Positions 23,579 through 36,525 are shown, counted from the first letter of the stretch. The stretch is 64,000 nucleotides of DNA from Candidatus Xenobia bacterium (GCA_045863235.1 BTUM01000010.1:63242-127241); one strand, 5' to 3'. Made by a program: numbers and translations. Notes: generated by a model not told the origin, from the letters alone.

Positions 23579-25951
23579 CTAGAGCGCGGTTCCCTCGGTC
23601 GAGAAGGCTCCCCGGTCGATGTAGTTCTCGACCGTGAAGGGGATCTGGCTGCGGGTCAGGTTGAACCGAGGAAAGTTGGGGGGCAAGACGTGCGTCTGGT
23701 AGGGATAAAAGAGCAACGCCTGGTCGGTATAGCCGAAATGCGGGTTGGCCGTGTAGGTCTGGCCGGCCACCGTGTTGGTCATCTGCAGGTAGGCGCCCTC
23801 CACGTCGGCAAAACGACTGGTGATGGAGCCCCGCAGCTGGATCTTCCCTTTGGCGTTCATGATGCGCGGGTCCTGGGCCGCGAACTGGCGACCGCTCTTG
23901 AGCGTGATGGCCTGGGGCGGCGTGCCCGGGTCAGGGGGGATGCCCGTGATCCCCACCAGATTCGCCTGCACATCGCGCTTGCTCAAGAAGTCCGGGTTGC
24001 CGGCGGTGTTGTCCCAGTCGAACTGCACCGAGCGCTCGAAACTGAGCAGAGCGGCGTCGACGACCATTTCAGGACTGGGCAGCTCGGCGGTGTAGTTGCG
24101 GTCGTTGAGCAACACGAAGTTCTGGGCCACCAGACCAAGCACCGAAGGCTGATTGTCGGCATACTCCAGGTCGCTGCCCACGATCAAGTTCCCCTCGCGC
24201 TCCACGCCCGGCTTGGGTGGGGGGTAGAACATGCGGTCGGCGGGGAATCCTGTCAGGCCAAGCTGGGCAGCCGAGTAGGGCGGACCGGGCTCGGCCCGAT
24301 TGAGCAGATTGCCATTCTGGTCACGAGCCTCGAAAAAGTCGCGAGCCGCCTGATGGTAGATGCTGGTGGCGGCATCGTAGACGGGCGTCTGGTTGGGGGC
24401 CACTCCCACGATCTCGCGGTCGGTTCCCTCACCGGCCACGATGGTCAGGTGGCCGGCCACCTTGGCTCCCGGGGCGGTCTGAACCTTGACGTTGCCGCCC
24501 TTAACGTAGAGGACCCCTTCCTTGAAGCTGGAGATGGGCACGTTCTGGTAACCCGGAATGTCGAAGAGTTGCCCGGAGTACTTGCCCTCGAGCTGGATCG
24601 AAACCCGATCGTTATCGGCCCCCTGACCCAGGGTGACCACGACGTTGGGGATGCCGGGCGTGTTGTTGGCCTGGGCCTTAATGGCCGGGTTGGTGCTGAG
24701 GGCTCGGGGGTCCATCTCGATGGCATTGCGCACCTCAACCTTGCCGGTCTGCTCACCGGGAGGCAGCGTGACACCGGCCGGCAGCGGATCGCTATCCGTG
24801 GCTGAAGGATCGATGACGGGAGCAGCGCCGAAACTGATCGTCCCGTCCGGGTTCACCTGCCCGGCGCGCATCGCGCCCGCGGTCGAGTCGATCTCGATGA
24901 AGCCGCTCAGCGAGCCGCCCCCCTGGCGACGGCTGGCCTTGTACTGGCCATAGCCGCGCTGAACCTGATTGCCTGCCCGCTTGGTGATGTAGGGAAAGAC
25001 CTCGCCCGGCTCGGATGCCTGGGGAAGGCCGAGCCGGGGGGCCAGGCGGCTGATCCCGCCCGAATACAGGCCCGCATCCACGGTCGGATCGACCTCGTCC
25101 CCCTGGCGGTCGAGGTTGGTGCTCTGGGCGATGGAGACGCCCTGGCGGAACATCGCGCCGCCGGCCGCGTTGGGAGGGAACAGGTAGCGGATGCGGCCCG
25201 AGGCGTCGTACCAGGACTGGCGCAGGTTGGGGTCGCCCAGGTGGCCCACGATCCGCACCGGCATGGTCTCGGTGTAATCCTCGGGAATGCCCACCCGCAT
25301 GGCCAGCTCGTCGCGGGCCCCGGGCACATTGCCCTGCACGTCCCAGGAAACGTCGTTCTCATTGGTCTTGCGGCGGGTGGCCGAGTCCTCCAGCAAGCGC
25401 ACGTCCACCTGGCGGCTGGCCACCGCGTTGGTGAGCGGATCGCCCCGCCGGAAAATGCGCGAGCGAATGTTCACCGTGTAGCGCTGGGGCTGGCCTTCGA
25501 TGGCGGTGGTGTCCACGGTGACCGGGCTGAAGTCCATCTCCACCACGGCCTCCAGCTCATTGCCGATGGGGATGCGAGTGGGGTTGACCGGGTCGCCAAA
25601 ATAGATGTTGCGCTGAGCCGTGGTGCCCTGCCGAACACGAATGGGATAGCCTCGGAACAGTCCGCCGGGCATGCCGGCGCCATCGTGGATGCGCAGGGTA
25701 AAATAGCGGTCCGTCAGGGAGGTGAACTGCATGCTGCCTCCCCCGGTCAAGTTGGGGGGAGCCTGCATGTAGTTGATCAGATAGTCCAGAGCCCAGTTAC
25801 AGGCCTGCAGGGAAGCGGCCTGAAAGTAGCCCGACCGAGAGCTGCGCGACTCGTTGTGGGCCAGGGCCAGGAAGGTGATGCTGAGCGTGATGAGCACGGC
25901 CACCGTGAACAGGGCCAGAATCATCGAGATCCCTCGGGGTCGTCTGTTCAT
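23579..25951 (-). CDS. Large PilX/GspK-like minor pilin (790 aa)
   Basis: RRPRG|ISMILALF class III signal without Glu5, followed by a large beta-rich body. Confidence 0.65.
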   Translation of the reverse strand: MNRRPRGISMILALFTVAVLITLSITFLALAHNESRSSRSGYFQAASLQACNWALDYLINYMQAPPNLTGGGSMQFTSLTDRYFTLRIHDGAGMPGGLFRGYPIRVRQGTTAQRNIYFGDPVNPTRIPIGNELEAVVEMDFSPVTVDTTAIEGQPQRYTVNIRSRIFRRGDPLTNAVASRQVDVRLLEDSATRRKTNENDVSWDVQGNVPGARDELAMRVGIPEDYTETMPVRIVGHLGDPNLRQSWYDASGRIRYLFPPNAAGGAMFRQGVSIAQSTNLDRQGDEVDPTVDAGLYSGGISRLAPRLGLPQASEPGEVFPYITKRAGNQVQRGYGQYKASRRQGGGSLSGFIEIDSTAGAMRAGQVNPDGTISFGAAPVIDPSATDSDPLPAGVTLPPGEQTGKVEVRNAIEMDPRALSTNPAIKAQANNTPGIPNVVVTLGQGADNDRVSIQLEGKYSGQLFDIPGYQNVPISSFKEGVLYVKGGNVKVQTAPGAKVAGHLTIVAGEGTDREIVGVAPNQTPVYDAATSIYHQAARDFFEARDQNGNLLNRAEPGPPYSAAQLGLTGFPADRMFYPPPKPGVEREGNLIVGSDLEYADNQPSVLGLVAQNFVLLNDRNYTAELPSPEMVVDAALLSFERSVQFDWDNTAGNPDFLSKRDVQANLVGITGIPPDPGTPPQAITLKSGRQFAAQDPRIMNAKGKIQLRGSITSRFADVEGAYLQMTNTVAGQTYTANPHFGYTDQALLFYPYQTHVLPPNFPRFNLTRSQIPFTVENYIDRGAFSTEGTAL

Positions 25952-25960
25952 GGGGCCTCC

Positions 25961-26800
25961 TCAGTGGCTTCCTGGTCGAGATTGGAGATTGACATCGGTC
26001 TTCAACTCGCCCACGCTGACGAACTCGCGCAGCGTCAACGTGACTCGCACGGTCAGGGTCAACAGGTTGGGCTCGAAGAAAACGTCGGGCTGGTTGGGGG
26101 GCGCGGGAATCTTGGGCTGGGCCACTTCGAACTCGATCCGGTCCAGCGGATTAGGCAGGACAGCCACCGGCTGATTCTCCGGGTTGATGCTGGGACCGAC
26201 AAGATTGGCGTCGTTGCCAGGATAGAAGTAGCTGATCACGGCTCGGGCCCGGGTCGGCTGGGTGACCGGTCCCTGGAATTCGTGGCCGCCCGGGGCTGCC
26301 CCCGGACCGCTGGCCACGCGATAGACGCGCCGCAGGAGAACGCGCGGGTTGCCCTGGTCGACGACGTATTCCACGTAGACGAAATTGTTGGTGGAATCGA
26401 TGTTGTTGATGTCGACGTCGGTTCCCGAGCGGGTAAAGATCAGCCGGTTCTTGACCACCGACAGAATCGGCGCCCCTGGAACCGGGTTGGCCACCTGGGT
26501 GCGCGCGTAGAAGGGTCCGAAGGCGGGGTCAAAGTCACTGTAGGGCCCGGGGAAAAGCACCGCCGACACGGGGATCTGGTCGATGGTCTGCTCGAAGCCC
26601 GGAATGATCACCGCCGTGCGCAACTCGGAGGCCATCTTGTCGATCACGTCCCGGCAGGTCGACTGAGCTCGCCTGGACAGCTCACCCTTCTGGTGAGCCC
26701 ACAGCCCGTGCCTGAAGATCAGAGCCAGGGCGGCCAGCAGCAAGCCGAGCAGCCCGGCCGTAAAGATGGTTTCCACCACCGTGAAGCCGCGCCGACGCAT
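25961..26800 (-). CDS. Prepilin, PilW/GspJ-like
   Basis: MRRRG|FTVVE signal, then hydrophobic helix and ..ELR.A. Confidence 0.75.
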   Translation of the reverse strand: MRRRGFTVVETIFTAGLLGLLLAALALIFRHGLWAHQKGELSRRAQSTCRDVIDKMASELRTAVIIPGFEQTIDQIPVSAVLFPGPYSDFDPAFGPFYARTQVANPVPGAPILSVVKNRLIFTRSGTDVDINNIDSTNNFVYVEYVVDQGNPRVLLRRVYRVASGPGAAPGGHEFQGPVTQPTRARAVISYFYPGNDANLVGPSINPENQPVAVLPNPLDRIEFEVAQPKIPAPPNQPDVFFEPNLLTLTVRVTLTLREFVSVGELKTDVNLQSRPGSH

Positions 26801-27294
26801 CAGTACCGGTTCTCCGTGCGCGAGGTCTTGACCGTTACGTGCCGGCGCTGCAGCTCACGCTCGTTGGGCTCATCCCAGGCAATGGTCACCTCGATATCGG
26901 CGTAGCGAGGATAACCGTCCTCAATGTTGGGGGTGAGCACGCGAATTCCCAGCGGAATCCCGGCACCTGCACTTGCGTCCGGCAGCAGGAAGGGAGCCTT
27001 GAGCTCGGTCTTGATGACACCGGCAGGCGGCAGGGTGCCGCTCTGGGTGTACTGGCTCAGCTGGAACAGGCTGGGCTGGGCCGGATTGACCGAGTCGAAG
27101 GGGAACTGGCGCACCTCCTCGGCGATGGCCGTGGCCAGTTGAGCGGCCTGGGTGGCCCGCTGGCTCTTGCGATTGAGCTTGTAGCCAGCCGGGTAGACGG
27201 CGGCAAAGGCGATCAGAACAGTCGACAGCAAGACGATGGTGACCATCAGCTCGAGTAGGCTGAGACCACGCCGTTTGGCAGCATCCAGGACCAA
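26800..27294 (-). CDS. Prepilin, PilV/GspI-like
   Basis: KRRG|LSLLELMV, IEVTIAW; TTG 27294 follows GGAGG. Confidence 0.75.
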   Translation of the reverse strand: MVLDAAKRRGLSLLELMVTIVLLSTVLIAFAAVYPAGYKLNRKSQRATQAAQLATAIAEEVRQFPFDSVNPAQPSLFQLSQYTQSGTLPPAGVIKTELKAPFLLPDASAGAGIPLGIRVLTPNIEDGYPRYADIEVTIAWDEPNERELQRRHVTVKTSRTENRY

Positions 27295-27492
27295 AAAGTC
27301 TATCCTCCAGGCAAAACGCCGAATCGGCATGAGGCATCCGACAGGGATTCCCTGCCCTCAGTTTAGCATGCCTTTGTTAAAAGTGTTCGCGGTCGGCCGT
27401 GCCGGGTGAACTGAGCTTGACCAGGCCCAATAAGGACGTCGGTGAGCTACGAGTTGGACCCCGCCAACAAGCGGGCCATGAAGCGGGTCAGG

Positions 27493-27894
27493 TCAGGAGA
27501 TGCGGTTGATACCAGGAAAGTGGTCAAATCCAGCGTCAAAGCTCAGAATGCGGCGGATACCCCGATGCTCCATCACCGCCAGGTGGATCGCATCCCGGGC
27601 CGACAGGATCGTCTTGCCGAGCAGAATGTCCCTGGCCCGAACTGCGTCGGCCAGATCGACAGGAAAGACTTCATCCACCACCCCGAGCAGCGCCTCAAAC
27701 GCAGGTTGAACGGCACTCAATCGGTTGGTTGCGGCGTAGCGATGGAGAATTTCCTGGAATACCTCCGCATCGGTCACCAGGCGGTCGTTTCGAGCTATGC
27801 TTTCCTCGATCAGCTTTCGACTCCTATCCTTGTTGGGATGAGGAGCCCCGATCAGGTACATCGGGATGTTGGAGTCGACCAGAACCTCCGTCAC
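27493..27894 (-). CDS. vapC: VapC PIN-domain toxin
   Basis: LVDSNIPMY, FQEI, ARDAIH, SFDAGFD. Confidence 0.9.
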   Translation of the reverse strand: MTEVLVDSNIPMYLIGAPHPNKDRSRKLIEESIARNDRLVTDAEVFQEILHRYAATNRLSAVQPAFEALLGVVDEVFPVDLADAVRARDILLGKTILSARDAIHLAVMEHRGIRRILSFDAGFDHFPGINRIS

Positions 27895-28142
27895 GGCAGG
27901 GAATCGTAGCCGCGCTCGATCTCGGCAAGCATCTCATCGATATCGCCCACGGGGAAAGAATACTGGTAGGCTTTATGGGTCGCCTCCAGTCTTGACCTGG
28001 GGTCTGGACGGGACTCCTGCTCGCGGGCGGAACGAAGAGCGCTGCGTACCCACTCCGCCACGGTCACTCGCTTTCGTCGTGCGGCGGCCCGGATCTCAGC
28101 TAACTCCTCTTCACCAAACAGAACCTGAAGCCTCTTACTCAT
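27891..28142 (-). CDS. Ribbon-helix-helix antitoxin (VapB/CopG-like)
   Basis: MSKRLQVL...TVAEWVR; 4-nt overlap with vapC. Confidence 0.85.
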   Translation of the reverse strand: MSKRLQVLFGEEELAEIRAAARRKRVTVAEWVRSALRSAREQESRPDPRSRLEATHKAYQYSFPVGDIDEMLAEIERGYDSLP

Positions 28143-28149
28143 CAGCGTG

Positions 28150-28178
28150 AGTATAACAGACTACCATAGATGGGTCAA
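28150..28178 (-). promoter_or_regulatory. Sigma70 promoter, leaderless
   Basis: TTGACC-17nt-TATACT, 7 nt before ATG 28142. Confidence 0.8.
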
Positions 28179-28382
28179 AACCACCGCGGCCCTCGTGAGG
28201 AGACGATTTGAACATCCGGGGATCGTGGTGGTTTCCCGCAGCCAGAACCAGGCAGAACAACCGATCTGGAAGAGTCGCCCAGGAGTCCTCCGGCCGCCTG
28301 GGGGCGGGTCTGGCCCTGTGCCTGGCAGCCTGGCAAATGAGATGGGGCTTCTCCTATCACTTCTGATCGAGCCGGCCAGCCG

Positions 28383-28414
28383 AAAAAGAAGCGACCCCTC
28401 GCGGGGTCGCTTCT
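28383..28414 (-). terminator. Intrinsic terminator of clpB
   Basis: 12-bp stem AGAAGCGACCCC/GGGGTCGCTTCT with 4-nt loop and a T run on the minus strand, 12 nt after the clpB stop. Confidence 0.85.
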
Positions 28415-28426
28415 CCCTTCGTCCGA

Positions 28427-31033
28427 TCAGGCAACCGCCGGCTCGGCCTGGAGCACCCGCAGACCCAGGTGCTCGCCCTCGCGGTCGATGCGCACCAGGT
28501 CGCCGGGCTTGAGCTGGCCCGACAACAACCCGCGGGCGAGCAGATCTTGCACGTGCTTTTGCACGGCCCGCTTGAGGGGACGGGCGCCGAAGACTGGATC
28601 CCATCCTTCCGCGGCCAGGAAGGCCTTGGCGGCCGAGGTGAGCTCCACGGTGACCTTGTGCTCGGCCATCCGCTTGAGCAGGTGGGCCACCTGGATGTCC
28701 ACGATCTTCTCCAGCGACTCGCGCGAGAGCTTGTGGAACGTGATCACCTCGTCGATGCGGTTGAGGAACTCGGGCCGGAACCGCTCGCGCAGGCTCTTGT
28801 CGAGCAGGCGCTCGCGCTCGGCATCGCTGAGGCTCTCCTCCTGGATCCACTCGCTGCCGACGTTGCTGGTCATGATGACCAGCGTCTGGCGGAAGTCGAC
28901 CGTGCGCCCATGGCCGTCGGTCAGGCGTCCGTCGTCCATCAGTTGCAAGAGCACGTTGAAGACGTCGGGGTGGGCCTTCTCGATCTCGTCGAAGAGCACC
29001 ACCGAGTAGGGCCGGCGACGCACCGCCTCGGTCAGCTGCCCTCCCTCATCGTAGCCGATGTAACCGGGAGGGGCGCCGATCATGCGGGCCACCGAGTGTT
29101 TCTCCATGTATTCCGACATGTCCAGGCGCACCATCGCCTTCTCGTCGTCGAACATGAACTCGGCCAGCGCCCGCGCGAGCTCGGTCTTGCCCACGCCGGT
29201 GGGGCCCAGGAAGAGGAAGGTGCCGATGGGCCGGTCGGGGTCAGCCACCCCGGCCCGTGAGCGGCGCACGGCGTTGGACACGCTGACCACCGCGTGATCT
29301 TGCCCCACCACTCGCTGCTCGATGCGCTCTTCCATGTGCATCAGCTTGGCCTTCTCGCTCTCGAGCAGGCGGTTGACGGGAATGCCGGTCCAGCGCGAAA
29401 CCACGGTGGCCACGTCCTCTTCCTCGACCTCTTCCTTCAGGAAGCGGCCGTCTTTTTGCAGCTCGGCCAGACGCGCCTCGTCGGCGGCCAGCTCTTTCTG
29501 CAGGTTGAGGGTCAGACCGTAGCGGATCTCGGCCACCCGCGCGAGATCGCCCCGGCGCTCGGCCTCCTGCTCTTCCAGAGCCACCTTCTCGAGCCGCTCC
29601 TTGGTCGAGCGGATCTTGGCGATGGCTTCCTTCTCGGCCGCCCAGACGGCCTTCATGCCGTCCGACTTCTCGCGAAGCTCGGCCAGCTCTTCCTCGAGCT
29701 TGCCCAGGCGCTCCTTGGAGGCCTTGTCCTTCTCCTTCCCCAGCGCCTGCTTCTCGATCTCGAGCTGCATGATGCGCCGCTGGAGCTGGTCGATCTCGTG
29801 CGGCATAGAGTCGATCTCCATGCGCAGGCTGGAGGCTGCCTCGTCGATCAGGTCCACCGCTTTGTCGGGCAGGAACCGGTCGGCGATGTAACGATGCGAG
29901 AGAACGGCGGCCCCCACGATGGCGCTATCGGTGATGCGCACGCCGTGGTGGATCTCGTACTTCTCTTTCAGTCCGCGCAGGATGGCGATGGTCTGCTCGA
30001 CCGTCGGCTCGCCCACGAAGACCGGCTGGAAGCGGCGCTCCAGGGCCGGGTCCTTCTCGATGTGCTTGCGGAACTCGTCCAGGGTGGTGGCGCCGATGCA
30101 GCGCAACTCGCCGCGTGCCAGCGCCGGCTTGAGCATGTTGGCAGCATCCACCGCCCCCTCGGCCGCGCCCGCGCCCACCAGGGTATGGAGCTCGTCGATG
30201 AAGCAGATGATGCGCCCCTCCGAGGCCGTGATCTCCTTGAGCACGGCCTTGAGACGGTCTTCGAACTCACCGCGGTACTTGGCGCCAGCCACCAGCGCGC
30301 CCATGTCCAGGGCGAACACGGTGCGGTCCTTGAGACCTTCCGGCACGTCCCCCTCCACGATGCGGCGAGCCAGACCCTCCACGATGGCGGTCTTGCCCAC
30401 CCCCGGCTCGCCGATGAGCACGGGGTTGTTCTTGGTGCGCCGTGAGAGCACCTGAATGGTGCGGCGGATCTCCTCGTCGCGCCCGATGACCGGGTCGAGC
30501 TTGCCCTTGCGGGCCATTTCGGTGAGATCGCGGCCGTAGCGCTCAAGCGCCTGGTACTTGGCCTCGGGGTTCTGGTCGGTCACCCGCTGGGTACCGCGGA
30601 TCTGCACCAGAGCCTGGTAAATCTTGTCACCCTGCACGCCAAGCTCGGCCAGCAGCTTGCCAGCCGGCTCGTCCTTCTTGGCCGCCAGGCCAAGAAGCAT
30701 GTGCTCGGTGGAAATGTACTCGTCCTTGAGACGGTCGGCCTCTTTCGTGGCGCGCTCGAGCACCTCGCGAAGTCGGGCCGAGAGCCCCGCCGGGCCGGCG
30801 TTGGACCCGTAGACCTTGGGCAGCTTGTCCAGCTCTTGCTGGGCGCGCTGCTCGAGCCCGTCGGGGTCGACGCCGAGCTTGCGCAGCAACGGGCCGACCA
30901 CTCCGTCCTGCTGGCCGAGCAGGGCCAACAGGAGGTGCAGCGGCTCGATCTGCGACTGGTTGCCCTGGTCGGCCAGCTCTTGCGAGCGGGAAACGGCCTC
31001 CTGGGCTTTCACCGTGAGCTTGTCGAATCGCAT
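28427..31033 (-). CDS. clpB: Chaperone ClpB
   Basis: Two AAA+ modules ([16 protein letters not shown]), long middle coiled coil, [11 protein letters not shown] 31033 with GAGGAGG. Confidence 0.96.
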   Translation of the reverse strand: MRFDKLTVKAQEAVSRSQELADQGNQSQIEPLHLLLALLGQQDGVVGPLLRKLGVDPDGLEQRAQQELDKLPKVYGSNAGPAGLSARLREVLERATKEADRLKDEYISTEHMLLGLAAKKDEPAGKLLAELGVQGDKIYQALVQIRGTQRVTDQNPEAKYQALERYGRDLTEMARKGKLDPVIGRDEEIRRTIQVLSRRTKNNPVLIGEPGVGKTAIVEGLARRIVEGDVPEGLKDRTVFALDMGALVAGAKYRGEFEDRLKAVLKEITASEGRIICFIDELHTLVGAGAAEGAVDAANMLKPALARGELRCIGATTLDEFRKHIEKDPALERRFQPVFVGEPTVEQTIAILRGLKEKYEIHHGVRITDSAIVGAAVLSHRYIADRFLPDKAVDLIDEAASSLRMEIDSMPHEIDQLQRRIMQLEIEKQALGKEKDKASKERLGKLEEELAELREKSDGMKAVWAAEKEAIAKIRSTKERLEKVALEEQEAERRGDLARVAEIRYGLTLNLQKELAADEARLAELQKDGRFLKEEVEEEDVATVVSRWTGIPVNRLLESEKAKLMHMEERIEQRVVGQDHAVVSVSNAVRRSRAGVADPDRPIGTFLFLGPTGVGKTELARALAEFMFDDEKAMVRLDMSEYMEKHSVARMIGAPPGYIGYDEGGQLTEAVRRRPYSVVLFDEIEKAHPDVFNVLLQLMDDGRLTDGHGRTVDFRQTLVIMTSNVGSEWIQEESLSDAERERLLDKSLRERFRPEFLNRIDEVITFHKLSRESLEKIVDIQVAHLLKRMAEHKVTVELTSAAKAFLAAEGWDPVFGARPLKRAVQKHVQDLLARGLLSGQLKPGDLVRIDREGEHLGLRVLQAEPAVA

Positions 31034-31165
31034 GGATTCCTCCTCATGAAACTTGAATTGAGTCCAGGATACCCGCCCCCCCGTTAGAGCTGCATATGCG
31101 CGGCGATGGCATCTTGTTTGCCGCTCGGGAGGGACCGGGCCAGCCCCGTGGAACAGCCGGCAGCT

Positions 31166-31798
31166 ATGGCTTTGCACGTTCTCGAACATCCGCTCATCCA
31201 ACACAAGCTCACCTGGTTGCGAGACAAGTCCACGAGCCCCAAAGAGTTTCGCAACCTGGTGGAAGAGATCGCCACCTTGATGGCTTACGAAGCGACGCGG
31301 GGGTTACCACTGGAGGAGGTCGAGGTGGAAACGCCTCTCCAGAAAACGTTGGGAAGGGCCATCGTGGGCAAGAAGCTCGCCCTCATCCCCATCTTGCGAG
31401 CAGGCCTGGGGATGGTAGAAGGCATCATGCGGCTCATACCCCACGCCAAGATCGGGCACATCGGGCTCTATCGCGATCACGACACCTTGCAGCCGGTGGA
31501 GTACTACTTCAAGGTCCCCGATGACCTCACCGAGCGAGACATCCTGCTACTCGACCCGATGCTGGCCACGGGCGGCTCGGCGGCCGCGGCGGTCAACTTT
31601 CTCAAGGCCCGCGGGGCACGCAGCAAGAGCATCAAGCTGCTCTGCCTGCTGGCCGCGCCCGAGGGCATCGAGGCCATGCGCAAGAACGATCCCGAGGTGG
31701 ACATCTTCACCGCCAGCGTCGACGATTGCTTGAACGAGAAGGGTTACATCATGCCCGGTCTGGGTGACGCCGGCGACCGGCTCTTCGGCACCCTGTGA
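31166..31798 (+). CDS. upp: Uracil phosphoribosyltransferase
   Basis: [24 protein letters not shown]. Confidence 0.96.
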   Translation: MALHVLEHPLIQHKLTWLRDKSTSPKEFRNLVEEIATLMAYEATRGLPLEEVEVETPLQKTLGRAIVGKKLALIPILRAGLGMVEGIMRLIPHAKIGHIGLYRDHDTLQPVEYYFKVPDDLTERDILLLDPMLATGGSAAAAVNFLKARGARSKSIKLLCLLAAPEGIEAMRKNDPEVDIFTASVDDCLNEKGYIMPGLGDAGDRLFGTL

Positions 31799-32283
31799 CG
31801 CGCTGGCTGCTGGTCCTGCTGCTTCTGGCCCCGGGCCTGGCCTTCGAGGCACCCGAGGTGCAGCTCGCCTTCACCAACCCGACCGGCTGGGAGCAACGCC
31901 CCGCCGCCAAGGAAGGCGGTCTGGTGCTGTTCGCCGCCCCCAAAACCCCGGCCGTGCGCAGCACGCTGGAGGTCTCGGTGACGGAGATGGGTCAGGTCGA
32001 AGAGCTACGCCGCCAGGATGCGCTCGGGGTTGTGCGCCACCTGGCCGGCAGGCTGGAAAACTTCGACCTGCTGGGCAGCAAGGAGACAAAGGTGGCCGGA
32101 ATGAAAGCCCAGCGCATCACCTACAAGGCGCGTTCGGGCAAGACCATCCTGCAGACCACCCAGGTCTTCCTGGTGCGCTCGGGGCGGCTCTTTCTCTTCA
32201 CCCTGACCACCTCGCCCGAGCAGCACGCGGCCCACTCCAAGGTGCTCAACAAGGTGCTCGAATCCGTGCGCTGGCTCTCGTAA
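31795..32283 (+). CDS. Secreted PsbP/DcrB-like protein
   Basis: Signal peptide, P.GW, C-terminal ..VLESVRW pattern. Confidence 0.6.
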   Translation: MTRWLLVLLLLAPGLAFEAPEVQLAFTNPTGWEQRPAAKEGGLVLFAAPKTPAVRSTLEVSVTEMGQVEELRRQDALGVVRHLAGRLENFDLLGSKETKVAGMKAQRITYKARSGKTILQTTQVFLVRSGRLFLFTLTTSPEQHAAHSKVLNKVLESVRWLS

Positions 32284-32349
32284 CGGGTCCGCAAGGGGTT
32301 CAAAGCTCGGGCGCGAAGAGCTGAGGTCAATCAGGTCTGCGGGGGGCCA

Positions 32350-34137
32350 ATGCTCAGAAAAGCGACACTTCTGCTCATTCTGCTCGGGTGCACGATCTAC
32401 CTCGGCTGCCAGGGGGGCGATTTCCAGCAAACGGGTGCGGGAGGGGGCCCACCCAACCCGGCCCCCCCTTTCTCCGGGCCGCTCTTCGGAAGGGTCTTCG
32501 TACAACCCCTGATCCTGGTGGATGCGGCCGACCAGGGCGAAGTCGCAGCCAGCCGGGGTGAGCTCGAGGCACTGGGCTACCGTGTGGCCACCGACGGCTC
32601 GGTGATCGCTTACGAGCAGTCGCCTGCCGAATACTGGACGGTCGAGTTCGCAGGCCAGACCTCCCGCACCGACCCCAACGGCAATTTCACCATCAACGTC
32701 TTGGACGGCGGCCCCTCCGAAGGCATTCTGCGCCATCCCAGCGACGCGCGACTGTTCACCATGTTTCGAATCAGTCAGCTCTCGAGCGACGCGCTACGAC
32801 CTGGAGAAATGGCCATTCCGCTTCCCTTTCCCGGTCCCTGCGGGATGACCGCCCAGGAAGACGCCAACTGCAATGGCATCGGTGCTCCCCCTGAGCTCCT
32901 TCCGGCCGGAGCCATCGATGGTCCGGGCGTCGCACTTCGAGGCGATGAGCTGTGCGCCCCCGAGCAGGAGAAGGAAATGGCCGAGGGCCATTTCCGCGCC
33001 GAGCCCACCGACGTCACCACCGGGCCGCGGGGCACCTATGCCGACTTTGGCGCAGACGGACGGGCCAAGACCAGCGACATTCGCTGCGAGGACAAGAATG
33101 GACCCCTCAGCGAGGTGACCTCGAACAAGTATCTGGCCTATCTGGGCAGCACCTGCGACGAGTTCGTCAAGGTGGGCTGTTGTCCCAACGAGAACGCCTT
33201 CAGCGACACCGAATACAATGCCATCTTGCTGGCGAATCCGGGCGCTACAGCCGGACGAGCGCTGATCTCCGAGTTGGCCGGCCAGAGGGTCTTCCTCTCC
33301 GGGCCGCTCAATCCCACCAGCGAGCTCGACTGTCCGCACAACCACAAGGGTCGCTCCTGCCAGCACGTCAAGATCGGCGATCTCTCGGTAGACATTCGCG
33401 GCTCCATCACGGTCGCCAACGGCGAAACCACCGTGGAGCTCTGTCCCGGACAATCCATCGAGTTCGTGGTGCACAACAATGGATGCTTCGGCACGACCTT
33501 CGTGGACAAAACGCGCGAGGAGATTCCCGGCGTGCTCGCCAGCGAAGGGCTGGTCAATGCGCCGGGCGGCCTGGAGCTTCGCCACTTCAATCCCACCAGC
33601 TTTGGACCCGACCCGGGCGCCCCCTACCCCACCTACGTGACCGATCGCTCGCTGACGTTCTCGGCTCCACCCGAGGCTCGCCCGGGTAGCACCGACACCT
33701 ACCGGTTCACGGTCGACGGCCGGCGCGTCACGGTCAACTTCACCATCATCCCATGCGAGGAAACACCGCCTCCGCCGCCTCCTCCTCCCCCTCCGCCGCC
33801 GCCTCCCCCGCCTCCGCCGCTGATCAGGGTCAGCCCCGACATCTCAAACTCCCACCAGGTAGGGGTCAGTCCTTGTCCGCAGCTCATCGGCTCGCTGGCC
33901 ATCGGAAACGACAGCGATGGCCCGGTCGACATCACCATCACCATCCTGAACGGGGCCATCGTCACCGATGGACCCACGGCCTTCCAACTTGCTCCGGGAG
34001 ATGCAGCCCTGCAAGACGTGTTCTTCAACTGCGCGACGCAGACTTCGTTTCAGACCATCATTCAGGTCACGGCGACCGACTCCAGAGGAAACCGCACCGA
34101 CCTGGACGTGAACGTGAGCATGACGATCACCCCCTGA
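32350..34137 (+). CDS. Cys-rich lipoprotein with poly-proline linker and Ig-like C-terminal domain
   Basis: LGC lipobox, more than 10 Cys, P18 run, beta-strand-rich tail. Confidence 0.7.
   Translation: MLRKATLLLILLGCTIYLGCQGGDFQQTGAGGGPPNPAPPFSGPLFGRVFVQPLILVDAADQGEVAASRGELEALGYRVATDGSVIAYEQSPAEYWTVEFAGQTSRTDPNGNFTINVLDGGPSEGILRHPSDARLFTMFRISQLSSDALRPGEMAIPLPFPGPCGMTAQEDANCNGIGAPPELLPAGAIDGPGVALRGDELCAPEQEKEMAEGHFRAEPTDVTTGPRGTYADFGADGRAKTSDIRCEDKNGPLSEVTSNKYLAYLGSTCDEFVKVGCCPNENAFSDTEYNAILLANPGATAGRALISELAGQRVFLSGPLNPTSELDCPHNHKGRSCQHVKIGDLSVDIRGSITVANGETTVELCPGQSIEFVVHNNGCFGTTFVDKTREEIPGVLASEGLVNAPGGLELRHFNPTSFGPDPGAPYPTYVTDRSLTFSAPPEARPGSTDTYRFTVDGRRVTVNFTIIPCEETPPPPPPPPPPPPPPPPPPLIRVSPDISNSHQVGVSPCPQLIGSLAIGNDSDGPVDITITILNGAIVTDGPTAFQLAPGDAALQDVFFNCATQTSFQTIIQVTATDSRGNRTDLDVNVSMTITP
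33766..33819 (+). repeat. (CCN)18 poly-proline tract
   Basis: 18 consecutive Pro codons (CCG/CCT/CCC). Confidence 0.95.
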
Positions 34138-34157
34138 CGAGGTTTCCGGCAGCCCCT

Positions 34158-35826
<1,669 letters not shown>

Positions 35827-35834
<8 letters not shown>

Positions 35835-36504
35835 GCTTTAAGATCACCACTTTTGTCGAGGTGGGAAGTCGCGCCAGATCGACCTCCATGGCCATGGTTG
35901 CGGCATCCTCTACGTTGCTGCAGCGGCTGGTGAAATCCTCCAGCGTGAACTCGCACAGCGCGTGGTCTTCGATGGCCGGCGTCTGGTAGTGCATCGGAAA
36001 GACCAGGCGCGGATTGAGCTGGTTCATCACCAGGATGGCCTCGGTGGGGTCGATCGTCTCCTTGCCCCCGACCGGCACGAAAAGAACGTCCACCTTGCCA
36101 ATGCGGGCCAGTTGGGCGTCGGTGAGCAGGTGACCGAGGTCGCCCAGGTGGCAGAAATGCACGCCTTCGAGATAGAAGTGCCAGACCGTGTTGGGTCCGC
36201 GCTTGCGGCCCGAATAGGAATCATGATGGGTAGGCACTCCCACGAAAGTCAGCGTCTCGCCGGTGCGGGCCACCGGCACCTCGAACTCGGACTCGAACTC
36301 GGCCGTGCGCTTGACCACCACCGGGTTGCCGCCTACGCGAAAAGAGGCTGAGTGATCGCGATGCTCGTGCGAGCAGACCACGATGTCGGACTCGAGCGGG
36401 GGAAACTGGTACGGGATGTAATCGGCGTAAGGGTCAAGGATCACCGAGGTGGACTTACCTGTGTTCACCCAGAAACAAGCATGGCCGAGGTAGCGTACGA
36501 TCAC
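35827..36504 (-). CDS. MBL-fold metallo-hydrolase
   Basis: YLGHACF, SHEHRDH, HLGDLG, PMHY. Confidence 0.88.
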
Positions 36505-36525
36505 AGCCGGGAACTTCCTCTCTGT

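Noticed and set aside
28180..28380. Small ORFs between vapB and clpB
   Set aside because: No RBS, motif or codon bias support.
31040..31100. HAIR or CIRCE heat-shock operator upstream of clpB
   Set aside because: Only a half-site (TTGAGT) is visible; no complete inverted repeat.
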